Positions 25,551-36,890 of a DNA stretch of 64,000 bases are shown in pieces; position 1 is the first letter of the stretch, and each line of letters begins with the position of its first letter. This stretch comes from a virus. The position numbers and the translations under genes are program-made. Below the pieces are notes generated by a model. It saw only the letters and a list, made by a program, of their open reading frames with translations, had not been told where the DNA came from and made no database searches. The stretch is from positions 24,246 to 88,245 of the IMG/VR virus record IMGVR_UViG_3300044710_000107; one strand, written 5' to 3'.

Positions 25551-26941
25551 TATTGTGATGCCTGACCGCCGCCGACGACCTTCCACTTGCCGGGACCGTC
25601 ACCGGGAATGAGGTAGGCCCCGTACTTGTCGGACCATTGCGCGTTCGGGAACGCGGGCGGCGGCGGCGGCCGCTGCGGTTTCGGCACCGCTGGCGTGGTT
25701 GGCGTTGCCACTGCCGGCGCTCCAGGCCGTGCCGGCGCTGGCGCGGGCGCTGCGGCACCGGTCGGCCGTCCAGCGGCACTTGGCAATCCCTCGCTGGCCT
25801 GCGCCATCGCCTGATCCCATGTCGTCCCGGGCTTCGCAGCCATGATCTGCGCCGCGAGCTTGCCGACCGCCAAGGCCTGGGCGAACGGAACGCCGGCCTG
25901 CTTCATCTGCTGCACGCTCTCGTGGAACTGCTGCGTCTCTTGCAATGCGTTGACTTTGGCATCGACCAGCGGCTGGTTCTGAACCATGTGGGCCGCGGCG
26001 ACACCACCGCGCTCCGCAACGCCCTGGCCGGCAGCGGTGGCGGCCTGCGTCGCCTGGAACGCTTCGATCTTCTGCCACGGCTTGCCGGTATCTGGGTTGA
26101 TCGGCAGCGTGCCGTCCGACGCTGGCGTCAACAGGCTGTTCATCGCCGTGGCCTGAAGATCACCGGGCGTCACGTGGGCGGCGGCGCCGGCGGCCGCACG
26201 CGCGGTGAGGTAAGCAGCCCTGGCCATGTCCATGCCGGATTGCGCCTGCATGAGCGGTATCCGCGCCTGCCCAACGTCCTGGTATGTCGCCGCGCGCGAC
26301 GTGGCCGCCGCCGCCATCTGCTGCCGGTAATCATTCTGCCACTGCGCCTGCAACAGCCGCTCAGCCATCTGTTCGTCGGTTGCACGCTCCTGCGCGCCGG
26401 TCTTTGCATAGGCCGTGAAGGCGTTGCCGAGCGATTCCGAAAACCCGCCGGTGCGCGTCGGCGACAGCATCGCGCCGGCGGCTGCCATCATCGGCATCGT
26501 GCCCGACGAGGACCGCAGGATCATCATCGCGCGGTTCATGTCGAACATCTTGCGCTGCGCATCCGGATCCTGCTGGTCGGGTGAGCCGCCGCCTCCGGAT
26601 GGTGGAGCGTTGCGACCGAGCGCGCCTTCTGGCGGCGGCGCCTCGGTGTCGGGTGGGTTCGCGCGGGCCAACGCTCCCTGTGGCGCTGGTGGCCGCGCGC
26701 GTCCAACTGCGGCGGCGCCGGCCGGTGGCAGCGCCGGCGGCGGCATGCTGCGGTAATTGTCCTGCGGAGGCGCTCCGCCCTGGTCGGCATCGGGCAATGG
26801 CGCCGGCGCTCGCAGCAGCGCGGCCGCAGGATAGAGGATGTCCATGTCGGGATCGTCGACACCACCGCCGCCGGCGTAGCGCCGCGCACGTCCGCCGCCA
26901 GCCCATCCGCGCGCCAGTGACCGATGCAGCGCGCCGCTCAT
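25550..26941 (-). CDS. internal virion (ejection) protein
   Basis: Ala/Gln/Pro-rich, GGFSESLGNA motif, upstream of giant protein. Confidence 0.65.
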   Translation of the reverse strand: MSGALHRSLARGWAGGGRARRYAGGGGVDDPDMDILYPAAALLRAPAPLPDADQGGAPPQDNYRSMPPPALPPAGAAAVGRARPPAPQGALARANPPDTEAPPPEGALGRNAPPSGGGGSPDQQDPDAQRKMFDMNRAMMILRSSSGTMPMMAAAGAMLSPTRTGGFSESLGNAFTAYAKTGAQERATDEQMAERLLQAQWQNDYRQQMAAAATSRAATYQDVGQARIPLMQAQSGMDMARAAYLTARAAAGAAAHVTPGDLQATAMNSLLTPASDGTLPINPDTGKPWQKIEAFQATQAATAAGQGVAERGGVAAAHMVQNQPLVDAKVNALQETQQFHESVQQMKQAGVPFAQALAVGKLAAQIMAAKPGTTWDQAMAQASEGLPSAAGRPTGAAAPAPAPARPGAPAVATPTTPAVPKPQRPPPPPAFPNAQWSDKYGAYLIPGDGPGKWKVVGGGQASQ

Positions 26942-27952
26942 CTACGCTGCCATCGCAAGCCGCGTGCCGAGCGCACCGCCGGTCGCGCGCCGCCGCGCGC
27001 GGATGCGACCGCCCTTGGCGTGCAGCCCAAGCGTCTGATTGTACAGGTTGCTCGTGTTGTAGGCGTTCGACGCCGCCGTGGCGCCCAGCGTGGTGCCGAC
27101 GAACGACGACAGCGGTGACGCCGTGTAGGACTGGCCCGGATTGTAGTTCATCCCGACCTGCATCGTGTTCGACGGTACGTTCTGGCCGCGAATGATGTTC
27201 GATGCGTACGACAGGTTCTGGTAAGGCCACTGCTGTTGTGCATAAAAATTATTCATCGCCGCATTGATGTTCGACTGCGACAGCGTGTCCTGAGCCTGGC
27301 CGGCGGCGGCAAGCTGACCGACATCGGCGGCACCGAGTTGCTGCGTCAGCGCACCCAACTGGCCGAACTGGGCTCCGGCGGTCTGCTTCGCGGTCTGTTC
27401 CTGCAACGCCGCACCGAGCGCTCCCTGGTAGCCCTGCCCGAGCGCGCCGGCCTGCGCCTGGTAGAGCGCCGTATCATTGGCCTGGATCGCGTTGTTGGTC
27501 GCCTGCATCTCCTGCGGCGACCGCGACTGCCCGGCGCTGACGAACCGGTCCTGCACCTGCGGCAGGATGTTCTGGGTGAGCTGCGTGTTCGCCGCGCTCT
27601 GTAACCCGCCGAGCACCGTGCTCTCGAACGGGTTCATGTAACTGTTGATCTGGCCGGCGGTCACCGGAGTTCCGGCCTGCCCCGTCAGATTCATCGCTTG
27701 GCCGAGCGCGCCCTGGTAGTTGCCCTGGTTCGCGACGACATCCTGCCAGCTCTGCGTGGTCGCGGCAGAAGGCGCGGCGACCTGCGGGCCGGGGAACGGC
27801 GTGTAGGGAGTGCCGGCAAGATTTGTTGCGGCGTTGGCGAGGTTCGCCTGATATTGTTGCAACCATAGCGGGAAACTGGTGCTTGTGTCAGCACCAGTTG
27901 GTTGTGGCGGGACCGGCTGTCCGGAAAATAAAAAAGACGATGTGCCTGACAT
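26942..27952 (-). CDS. internal virion (DNA transfer/pilot) protein
   Basis: PYTPFPGPQVA, YMNPF, Gln/Ala-rich, QQWPYQNL. Confidence 0.7.
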   Translation of the reverse strand: MSGTSSFLFSGQPVPPQPTGADTSTSFPLWLQQYQANLANAATNLAGTPYTPFPGPQVAAPSAATTQSWQDVVANQGNYQGALGQAMNLTGQAGTPVTAGQINSYMNPFESTVLGGLQSAANTQLTQNILPQVQDRFVSAGQSRSPQEMQATNNAIQANDTALYQAQAGALGQGYQGALGAALQEQTAKQTAGAQFGQLGALTQQLGAADVGQLAAAGQAQDTLSQSNINAAMNNFYAQQQWPYQNLSYASNIIRGQNVPSNTMQVGMNYNPGQSYTASPLSSFVGTTLGATAASNAYNTSNLYNQTLGLHAKGGRIRARRRATGGALGTRLAMAA

Positions 27953-27983
27953 TTCTACAACGTCTCTTGGATTGGGTCAAGCG

Positions 27984-28796
27984 TCATTTGATGCACCTAT
28001 CCGACTTGGGGCTTCTCGGCTTGTACGGACCGCGTTTTTTGCCTTCGTGACTCCGTTCTGCGCGCCATACCGGGTCGGCCCAGAGAGCTTTTCGTGCGTC
28101 AGACGTCTTCGCCGCGACGCCTTCGTACGCCCCTTCAGCGTGTCGCTGTCTGATGATCTCTGCGCGCGCTGCGCGCCGCTCGGGAGTCCACCAAGCCGCC
28201 TTTGTCCCTCGTCCGGCCGCGCTTATCTTCGCTCGCGTCTCGGCAGAAACCTGGTGCCCAATCTGGCTGGCGCGGCCCTTTTCGACTGCTTCGCGCGGTC
28301 GCGGCTTACCTTTCTGTTCCGCCGCCAGCCGCCGCAGATGCTCGATGTGGAATTCCGGGATCACGCGATTCTGGAATGAGGCGATTGTTCGGGCGCGCCA
28401 CTCGGAGTCGGCCCAAAGGGCCTTCGCCCCCTCCCGAACGTGCGCCCGTCCCTCCTCGGTCACACGCCGGCCGACCGAGCCTTCGCCGCCGGTCGAAAGA
28501 TTGTAGCCGCGCGGGTGCAGGCAATCGAACTCGACGATGAATGCCCGTTCTAGAGTGTTCGCGGCATCGCGTCCGAAAGCGACCGCGATCTCCTCTACGA
28601 TGAAGTTTTCCGGGCCGTGCTTCCTGATCGCCTTGATGATCGCCCGCTTCGACTTGGGCCGGCTGGCCTCATCGATGGCTTCTTTCCACCGCTCTGCGGC
28701 TGTCCGCGCGGTGATCCCGACGTACTCTTTCCCGTTCACCAGACAGGTGATCTTGTAAACGGTGACGCGCTCGGTTATTTCGGTGGCAGCCCTCAT
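27984..28796 (-). mobile_element. GIY-YIG homing endonuclease with NUMOD3-like tail
   Basis: VYKITCLVNGKEYVGIT, RW, AIRKHG, GYN..GGEG, HQVSAETRAKIS. Confidence 0.9.
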
Positions 28797-28915
28797 CGAA
28801 TTCACCCTTCGATCTGCGGTCAGAAGCGCCGTCTCGTTCGCAGCGAGCGGCGTTTCGTCTTTGTGCCACAGGATTGAAGGTGGCAACAGCGAAATTTGCT
28901 GGTGGAGGGCGAGGT

Positions 28916-29983
28916 TCATGCGGCCCTCTTCAATTTCTGCCGCACGAATTTCTTCTCGCCGAGGGCGTGCGCCAGGGCGCTTCGGTCATGGTCGAGGATC
29001 GCGGCGCCGCGTTCGTTCGATCCGCCCCCCAAACGAGAAACGTCAGCGTGAGTCAAGACGTACTCGCCCGAGCTCAATTTTGCGGGCACCGAATCGCTGG
29101 TCCCGGTCCCTGGTCCGCGCACGAAGCGCTGACCGCCCTCGGTGCTGAACACATGCCCCAGCGCCCCGCCGTGCTTCCACCCGTAATTTTGCAGCGTATT
29201 GCCCTGGAAGAAAGTCTGCTCCGGCCGCTGCCCGTAGGTGTACCAATCTGTTCCGGAGGCCGGCGTGACTGGCGTGCGGCCTGGCACGTTCGTGTTGAGC
29301 GGCATGTTGTAGTAAGGCCCCTGATTCGCCGCGGTGCTGCTCGGTCCTGGCGTCTGCCACGTCCCGATCGTGGGCTTGTTGAAAAGGCTGCCAGCCGCCG
29401 ATAGCGCTCCAAGGGCGAGCGCAGTGTTGCTGATGCCGCCGGGTGCGCCGCCGAACAGGCCGCCACCACCGCCCGCGATCCTCGCAGCCTGCCCGGTCGT
29501 GCTCGTCGGGAGCGCGCCGCCGCTGGTTCCTGCCGCATTGAGCGCCGTCCCGCTCGGCGTCGGGCCTTGGTAGAGCGGATTGCCCGAGGCGTCCGTGGTG
29601 ATGACGTTGCCGTTGGCGTCTAGCATCGTCTGCGTGGCGCCAGTGCCGCCGCCGCCAAACAAGCTCCCGAGCGCCCCCGAGGCATCATTGTAGAGCCCGG
29701 TTCCGGTCGGCGTGCCGCTCGCGTCGGTCATGTAGCCGAGCGCACCACCGCCGATACCGCCGATCAGCGCACCTTCGCCGATGTTGCCGTGGGTCAGCGC
29801 AGCAGTACCGGCGCCGACAGCCGCGCCGGTGATCGCCGGAGCCGCGATGGACGCGAGCGTCGAGCCGGCGTCCATGCCGAGCGCGGAGATGATCGGCGAG
29901 ACGAAATGGCGTCGCGCGCCTGGCTGCAGGCCATTCCCGAAGGCGTCACGCGGCCGCTGGCGGAAGTGGTCGTAACGCTTCAT
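28916..29983 (-). CDS. Gly-rich internal virion protein
   Basis: GPGTGTSDSVPAKLSSGEYVLT motif, Gly/Ala hydrophobic repeats. Confidence 0.7.
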   Translation of the reverse strand: MKRYDHFRQRPRDAFGNGLQPGARRHFVSPIISALGMDAGSTLASIAAPAITGAAVGAGTAALTHGNIGEGALIGGIGGGALGYMTDASGTPTGTGLYNDASGALGSLFGGGGTGATQTMLDANGNVITTDASGNPLYQGPTPSGTALNAAGTSGGALPTSTTGQAARIAGGGGGLFGGAPGGISNTALALGALSAAGSLFNKPTIGTWQTPGPSSTAANQGPYYNMPLNTNVPGRTPVTPASGTDWYTYGQRPEQTFFQGNTLQNYGWKHGGALGHVFSTEGGQRFVRGPGTGTSDSVPAKLSSGEYVLTHADVSRLGGGSNERGAAILDHDRSALAHALGEKKFVRQKLKRAA

Positions 29984-30783
29984 GCCCTGGCCCTCATGCG
30001 TCGCGCGAGCGCGCCCTGGCGCTGGTGTTGGATCCGGCCGCCGCGGCGGAATGGCGAGCCACCCGGCCCGGGGCCGCCTGCGGTGATGTCGCCGACAGCC
30101 TGCGGTCCTGCCGCGGCGTTGATCCCTGGTGATCCGCCGATATTGGATAGGTCGATGCCGCCGTTCGCCGCCGCGCCGGCTCCGAGGCCAGCGCCCAACC
30201 CGCCGCCGAGGCCTGGTCCGGGACCGCCAGCCGTTATGTCGCCCATTGTGTTCGGATCGGCGACGCTGATGCCGCCGACGTTGCTCATCGCTCCGGAAAG
30301 CGACTGACCTGCGCCTAGGCCAGCGCCGATGCCGGCGATCGGTTCCGCGCTCGGCTGCATCGTCGGGCTCGGCCCAGGCGGCGCTGACGGGTTGAGGTAG
30401 TCGTAGAGCGCGCCGACGCCGTATTTGCCGCCGACGCTGCCGATGATGCCACCTACCGGCCCAGCAAGCATGGTCCCGAGCGCGCCAAGCCCTATGCTTC
30501 CAGCCGTCGTTAGAATATCGCGGCCCGTGATGCCGAAGCCGGCGAGACCGCCGCTTGACGGTCCGGCGACCTGCGCTCCCTGTGATGCGCCTGCCGTTGC
30601 TGCGCCGCCGACGTTCGACAGCGCAGCGCCGCCCATGCCGCCGGGCGAGAACTCCGGCGCGCCGGTTGGGCCGACGTTGAAGCCTGGAGCCTGCGGGCCG
30701 GCGTCAACATAACCGCCGGCGTCAAAGCGCCGCACAGGAGCATGCCGCCGCTGCAACGCGCCGATGCGGCCCATGTGCATCAT
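29980..30783 (-). CDS. Gly-rich internal virion protein (glycine-zipper-like)
   Basis: GLGALGTMLAGPVGGIIG; internal repeat GDITAGGPGPG x2. Confidence 0.6.
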   Translation of the reverse strand: MMHMGRIGALQRRHAPVRRFDAGGYVDAGPQAPGFNVGPTGAPEFSPGGMGGAALSNVGGAATAGASQGAQVAGPSSGGLAGFGITGRDILTTAGSIGLGALGTMLAGPVGGIIGSVGGKYGVGALYDYLNPSAPPGPSPTMQPSAEPIAGIGAGLGAGQSLSGAMSNVGGISVADPNTMGDITAGGPGPGLGGGLGAGLGAGAAANGGIDLSNIGGSPGINAAAGPQAVGDITAGGPGPGGSPFRRGGRIQHQRQGALARRMRARA

Positions 30784-31271
30784 TCCGCTGCCTCGGCGAG
30801 ACGCTGCGGCTTGGCGATCACCTTGGAGTAGACGATCTCGTGCGGCCGGAAGCCCCAGCGGGCGAGGTAATTGGAGTTCCGACGCCGCGCCTTGGCATGG
30901 AACATGACGATGTGCACCCGGAGCTCGCCGGCGAACCGGATGGCCTCATCGATCAGCAGGCGTCCAACGCCGAGCCTGCGGTATTCCGGTCGCACGTAGA
31001 TAACGTCGTCGGTCGCGACCATCGCGGCCATGTCACGCGGGTGCCTCGACACCAGCAGGAACATGTACCCAGCGATCGCGCCGCCGGTGCGCGCCAGGAG
31101 GATGTGCAGCACGCCGGCCCGCTCGAGGCTGCGGTAGCGGTCGTGGTCCGGATTGAGCCGCAGGATATCCCGGTTCGATCCGACCTCCTCCCAGTGCGTG
31201 CGGATCAGCGGCCATGCTTCCTCGATGAACCGGTCGTAGGCCGTTCCCCAGGCGAGATCGACGGCGCTCAC
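30780..31271 (-). CDS. GNAT-family acetyltransferase
   Basis: IYVRPEYRRLGVGRLLI motif A. Confidence 0.85.
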   Translation of the reverse strand: MSAVDLAWGTAYDRFIEEAWPLIRTHWEEVGSNRDILRLNPDHDRYRSLERAGVLHILLARTGGAIAGYMFLLVSRHPRDMAAMVATDDVIYVRPEYRRLGVGRLLIDEAIRFAGELRVHIVMFHAKARRRNSNYLARWGFRPHEIVYSKVIAKPQRLAEAAE

Positions 31272-31516
31272 CGGCGCTTCCTCTTCGCCAACGCGGCATG
31301 CAGCGCGCCCTGTCGCGGCTGCCGATTGCGCGCGGCCTGGTGCAACAGCATCGCGGCCATGAGGGCGCCCATGATGGGCGACGGCGCTACGATGACGAGG
31401 TGATGCGGATGCGACGGCGCGGCCTTGGCGCGGCCACCGCGCGCCATCGGCTGTCCACGGCCGACCCCGCCAAGCATGATCGGCGATGGGATGCTACCGA
31501 AGTCGCTGCTGCGCAT
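31268..31516 (-). CDS. small basic hypothetical protein
   Basis: coupled to GNAT; MARGG motif. Confidence 0.5.
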   Translation of the reverse strand: MRSSDFGSIPSPIMLGGVGRGQPMARGGRAKAAPSHPHHLVIVAPSPIMGALMAAMLLHQAARNRQPRQGALHAALAKRKRR

Positions 31517-31624
31517 TGACTGCCCCGGCCCTGTGCGGCGAGACGTGTGAAGCGTCCCGCCGGCCGTCAGAGGACCAGCGCAGGCGGTCAGGCTATCACG
31601 GTGCCGTGCCGGAAGGGAAGGGGG

Positions 31625-32416
31625 CTATTCCGGCGCCTTCAGTGCTGGCGGCGGCCGCGCCGCCTGCATCAGCGGCTCAGGGCGCTTCCAAGTATTTGGG
31701 TCGGCCAGAATTTGCTCCCAAACCACCGGATGCTTTTTCTCGAAGTCTGGCCAACGGTCGCCGCGCACGAAAACGCCAGCTCTCGGCCGCAGCCATCCCG
31801 TTCCGCCACCAGCGATCCACCGTCGTATGTCGACGCGCTGCCGCGTGAAATCGCTCCGGGTGACGAAGCCGGTGGTGTGCAGCAGCGCCGCGATGCGAAG
31901 GGCGCCAATTTTCCAATGCGTCAACTGCGCCGGAGCCGACGCCCCGGCGCGAACGTCGGGCACGTAGTCGGGCAGGTTGTATCGCCGCACCGGAACCAAT
32001 TCATGCCAATCATCGCCCGGAGCAAAAAGCCGCCGGTCCTCATTTGGCAACGGAGGCCAGAACGTTGGCCATGCTGCGTATTTCGGTGCCGCGCCGCGAA
32101 ACATGACTACGGTTATCGAGCAATGCGGCGCCAGCGCGGCGAGTTCACCAGCTTCAAATTCCGGCACAAGCGCGGCTCGGTAATCCGGCCCTTCGCGATC
32201 GGTGACCCATCGATCCTCGGCGGCTTGGATGAGAACCTTGGCGTTGAGCTTCAGTTTCGCCTGAACGCCGACTTGGCATCCATCCGCGTTCCGCACCAGC
32301 AAGATATCCCAACCCCAGGTCTCCGGATACGCGGTCCACTCCTTTGGGACCGCGGCGATGAACGCGGCGCAGAGTTCCGTCTCCGTCTTAAACGGCGCCT
32401 CTTTCTTCTTCCTCAT
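31625..32416 (-). CDS. hypothetical protein, possible PD-(D/E)XK-like nuclease fold
   Basis: YPET..WDILLV...GVQAK pattern. Confidence 0.6.
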   Translation of the reverse strand: MRKKKEAPFKTETELCAAFIAAVPKEWTAYPETWGWDILLVRNADGCQVGVQAKLKLNAKVLIQAAEDRWVTDREGPDYRAALVPEFEAGELAALAPHCSITVVMFRGAAPKYAAWPTFWPPLPNEDRRLFAPGDDWHELVPVRRYNLPDYVPDVRAGASAPAQLTHWKIGALRIAALLHTTGFVTRSDFTRQRVDIRRWIAGGGTGWLRPRAGVFVRGDRWPDFEKKHPVVWEQILADPNTWKRPEPLMQAARPPPALKAPE

Positions 32417-33609
32417 TCCGCAGCATTGCGCACCGCCAACGACCCGTCAAGCCGCTGCGGATACCGCCGCGTCAGCCAGTCGAGGTCGGTGCGGTCCGGG
32501 TGCGGCTCGTACCAGCCGGCCCCGGCATACACGTCCATCACGTCGCGGAAGTAGCGGTCGTACATCAGCGACACCCGCTCCATCGAATAGTTCGCCTCGG
32601 CCCACTGGCGGCAGGCCTCGGGTCTGATGCGGTCGATGTTCCGCGCTGCCCAGAGCATGTCGGCAAATGTCCGACAGCGGAAGCCGGTCAGCCCATGCAA
32701 GTTCGTTTCGGGGAAAACTCCCCAATCCGAGGTGATGATCGGCGTCCCCGACAGCATTGCCTCGATCTGCACGCCGCCGAACGGCTCGTTGAACTGGCTC
32801 AGGACAAAAACGCCCTTGGCATCGGCCATCAGCCGGCGCCGCATCTCGACATCAGCATAGCCCACGAATTCGACGTTGCCTGGAACCGGCGGCTGCCCAT
32901 TCCCGCCATAGCCGGCGTCGGAAAGGCTGCCCTGGCCCGCCACGATGAGCCGAAATCCGAGCTTCTCGGCCAATTGCATTACGATATGTAGACCCTTTCC
33001 CGTCCCGAGCCTCCCGACGAACAGGAAGTAGTCCTTCTTCACCAGCTGGTAATCGAATTGGCTCACGTCGAAAAAGTTCGGAATGCACACGTCATAATTG
33101 CTGCTGTGCCCGGCCTCGCCTACGGCGGTCAGACCTTGATAGGCTGAAAGGAGGGCGTAACTTTCAAAGACCTTCCAGCGGGCGAAATATCCTCCTGCGT
33201 AGCCGCAGCCCGGCTCAACCGAAATCAGGTCGGGATGCGCGTCGCACACCGGCTTGTTGCCCGCCCCCCAGGTCGCAAGGATGAAGTCCAGCGGCTCCTT
33301 GCGTTTCCAGATTTCCCCGATCGCGTTGCGGAAATAGGTCCGGTAGCAACTGTCCTCGACATTGAACTTGAACGTCTCACGGCGAAAATCGAAGCCTGGA
33401 TAGGCGGCGTCCAGATCGCGCTGCGTCGTCACGGCGACCAACTCGTCCGCATCGACCGCGGAACGCTCGTGACCATAGAAAAAGACGGTGTGGCCGAGCG
33501 ACTTCAGCATGGTCGTCAGCTTGCGGGCCTTCTGCGTGTAGGCGCAGGCCATGTAGTCGTCATTTGCGATCGTGTGCGGCGGGGTCAGCATGTGAAAGCG
33601 AAATGCCAT
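32413..33609 (-). CDS. glycosyltransferase (GT4/GT-B-like)
   Basis: FLFVGRL...KG, EPFGGVQIEAMLSGTPII, G.TGFRC. Confidence 0.9.
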   Translation of the reverse strand: MAFRFHMLTPPHTIANDDYMACAYTQKARKLTTMLKSLGHTVFFYGHERSAVDADELVAVTTQRDLDAAYPGFDFRRETFKFNVEDSCYRTYFRNAIGEIWKRKEPLDFILATWGAGNKPVCDAHPDLISVEPGCGYAGGYFARWKVFESYALLSAYQGLTAVGEAGHSSNYDVCIPNFFDVSQFDYQLVKKDYFLFVGRLGTGKGLHIVMQLAEKLGFRLIVAGQGSLSDAGYGGNGQPPVPGNVEFVGYADVEMRRRLMADAKGVFVLSQFNEPFGGVQIEAMLSGTPIITSDWGVFPETNLHGLTGFRCRTFADMLWAARNIDRIRPEACRQWAEANYSMERVSLMYDRYFRDVMDVYAGAGWYEPHPDRTDLDWLTRRYPQRLDGSLAVRNAAE

Positions 33610-33622
33610 CTCGACTATCCAA

Positions 33623-34513
33623 TCAGATCGATATGATTATCGCAACGCCATTGCCACCAGGGCCGCCGGCACCGCCGGTCGCACCGGCACCGCCTCCTCC
33701 ACCGCCGCAGCAAAGACCGCCGCGGCCGCCGGTTCCGGCAATTCCGACGTTATTGGAGCCGCCCCCGGTGCCGCCTGTAAACTCAAAGCGTCCAGGAAAC
33801 TGAATTCCGTTCATGCCGGAGTTGTTGCTCGTGCCGCCGGAGCCGCCAGGGATCGTCGGAAAGTACGCCGCCGCTAGCGTGGTCATCGCACCGCCATTGA
33901 AGTTCGTTGTCGTGCAGCCAGCCCCGCCGGAGCCGCCGCCGAACACGAAAAAGTCGCCCACAGTCGCCGTGATCGCCGTACCATTCGCGCCAGTCTGCGC
34001 CCCGCCAGCCTGGCCCGCCTGCCCGGCGTAGGAGAAGAATGATCCAAGATGCCCAATGTTGCCGACGAGGCCTGCCCCCGTCGCCGAGGTTGCTGCGCCG
34101 CCCGAGGAGCCAGAGCCGTTATTGCCAGCGCCACCGCCGCTGGCGCCGATGATGTAGAGGCCGTTCGTGTTATTCGGGACCACCGAGATGACGCTGGATT
34201 GACCGGCACCGGAATTGCCGCCCCCGATCCCGACAAGCACGTAGAGCTCTTCGGGCAGAATAAAAGCCGGGCCAGACCAGATTGATCCAGAGCCGGCCGC
34301 GCCGCCGCCGCCCCCGCCGCCGGCATTGCCGGCCGCACGGGTGAAGCCGCTGCCGCCGTTGCCGCCGCCGCCCCCTAGGATCATGTGGACGAGCGTGCAG
34401 CCCTTCGGCTTTCTCCACCGCTGCCAGAAGTTCGCGGAACCGCCGGCGTTCGCATTGAAAAACTGGACATCGCCGATGCCCTGATCCGGCCACGCGAACT
34501 GATCGAACAGCAT
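33623..34513 (-). CDS. glycine-rich tail fibre/tip protein
   Basis: WRKPKG...GGGGGNGG; C-terminal GGNGVAIII. Confidence 0.75.
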   Translation of the reverse strand: MLFDQFAWPDQGIGDVQFFNANAGGSANFWQRWRKPKGCTLVHMILGGGGGNGGSGFTRAAGNAGGGGGGGAAGSGSIWSGPAFILPEELYVLVGIGGGNSGAGQSSVISVVPNNTNGLYIIGASGGGAGNNGSGSSGGAATSATGAGLVGNIGHLGSFFSYAGQAGQAGGAQTGANGTAITATVGDFFVFGGGSGGAGCTTTNFNGGAMTTLAAAYFPTIPGGSGGTSNNSGMNGIQFPGRFEFTGGTGGGSNNVGIAGTGGRGGLCCGGGGGGAGATGGAGGPGGNGVAIIISI

Positions 34514-34980
34514 CAGTAGTCGCCGCCGGTCACGGTCACCGCCCAGCCGGTTCCGGCGCTGCCGGTCGACGTCTCGAACGAAACGCAGATGCCGTACTTC
34601 GCTGGCAATGTCTCGTTGATCGGGATGATCGGATTTGAGCCTTGCAGCGTCAGGCTAGTCGTCGTCTGCGGAAGCGAGACTTCGGCGAGCGCGGCCATCG
34701 TCGTTGCCGTGTTCGTCGTGCCTCCCGAGAAGCTGGTGCAATCCGCGAGGCAGGCCCAGAGGCGTGCCTTGGTCGCGGCTGGGCTGCCTACGGGAACGAA
34801 GCGCACGGCCCTGACATAGCTTCCCGCGTTCGACCCGGCGAGGAAGCACAGGTACATGTTTGCGCCGGTGCCGTCCTCGGCGGTGTTAGCGCTCGGCCCG
34901 ACGATCGTGCCGGAACTGTGCGCCTGCGCGCTGTCGATGCGGGGTGCTCCCGTGTAGATCGGCTGGACATTGGCGGTCAT
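34513..34980 (-). CDS. tail-associated protein
   Basis: MTAN..PIY...GGDY termini typical of partners of glycine-rich fibres. Confidence 0.65.
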   Translation of the reverse strand: MTANVQPIYTGAPRIDSAQAHSSGTIVGPSANTAEDGTGANMYLCFLAGSNAGSYVRAVRFVPVGSPAATKARLWACLADCTSFSGGTTNTATTMAALAEVSLPQTTTSLTLQGSNPIIPINETLPAKYGICVSFETSTGSAGTGWAVTVTGGDY

Positions 34981-34989
34981 CGGTCGATC

Positions 34990-36886
<1,897 letters not shown>

Positions 36887-36890
<4 letters not shown>

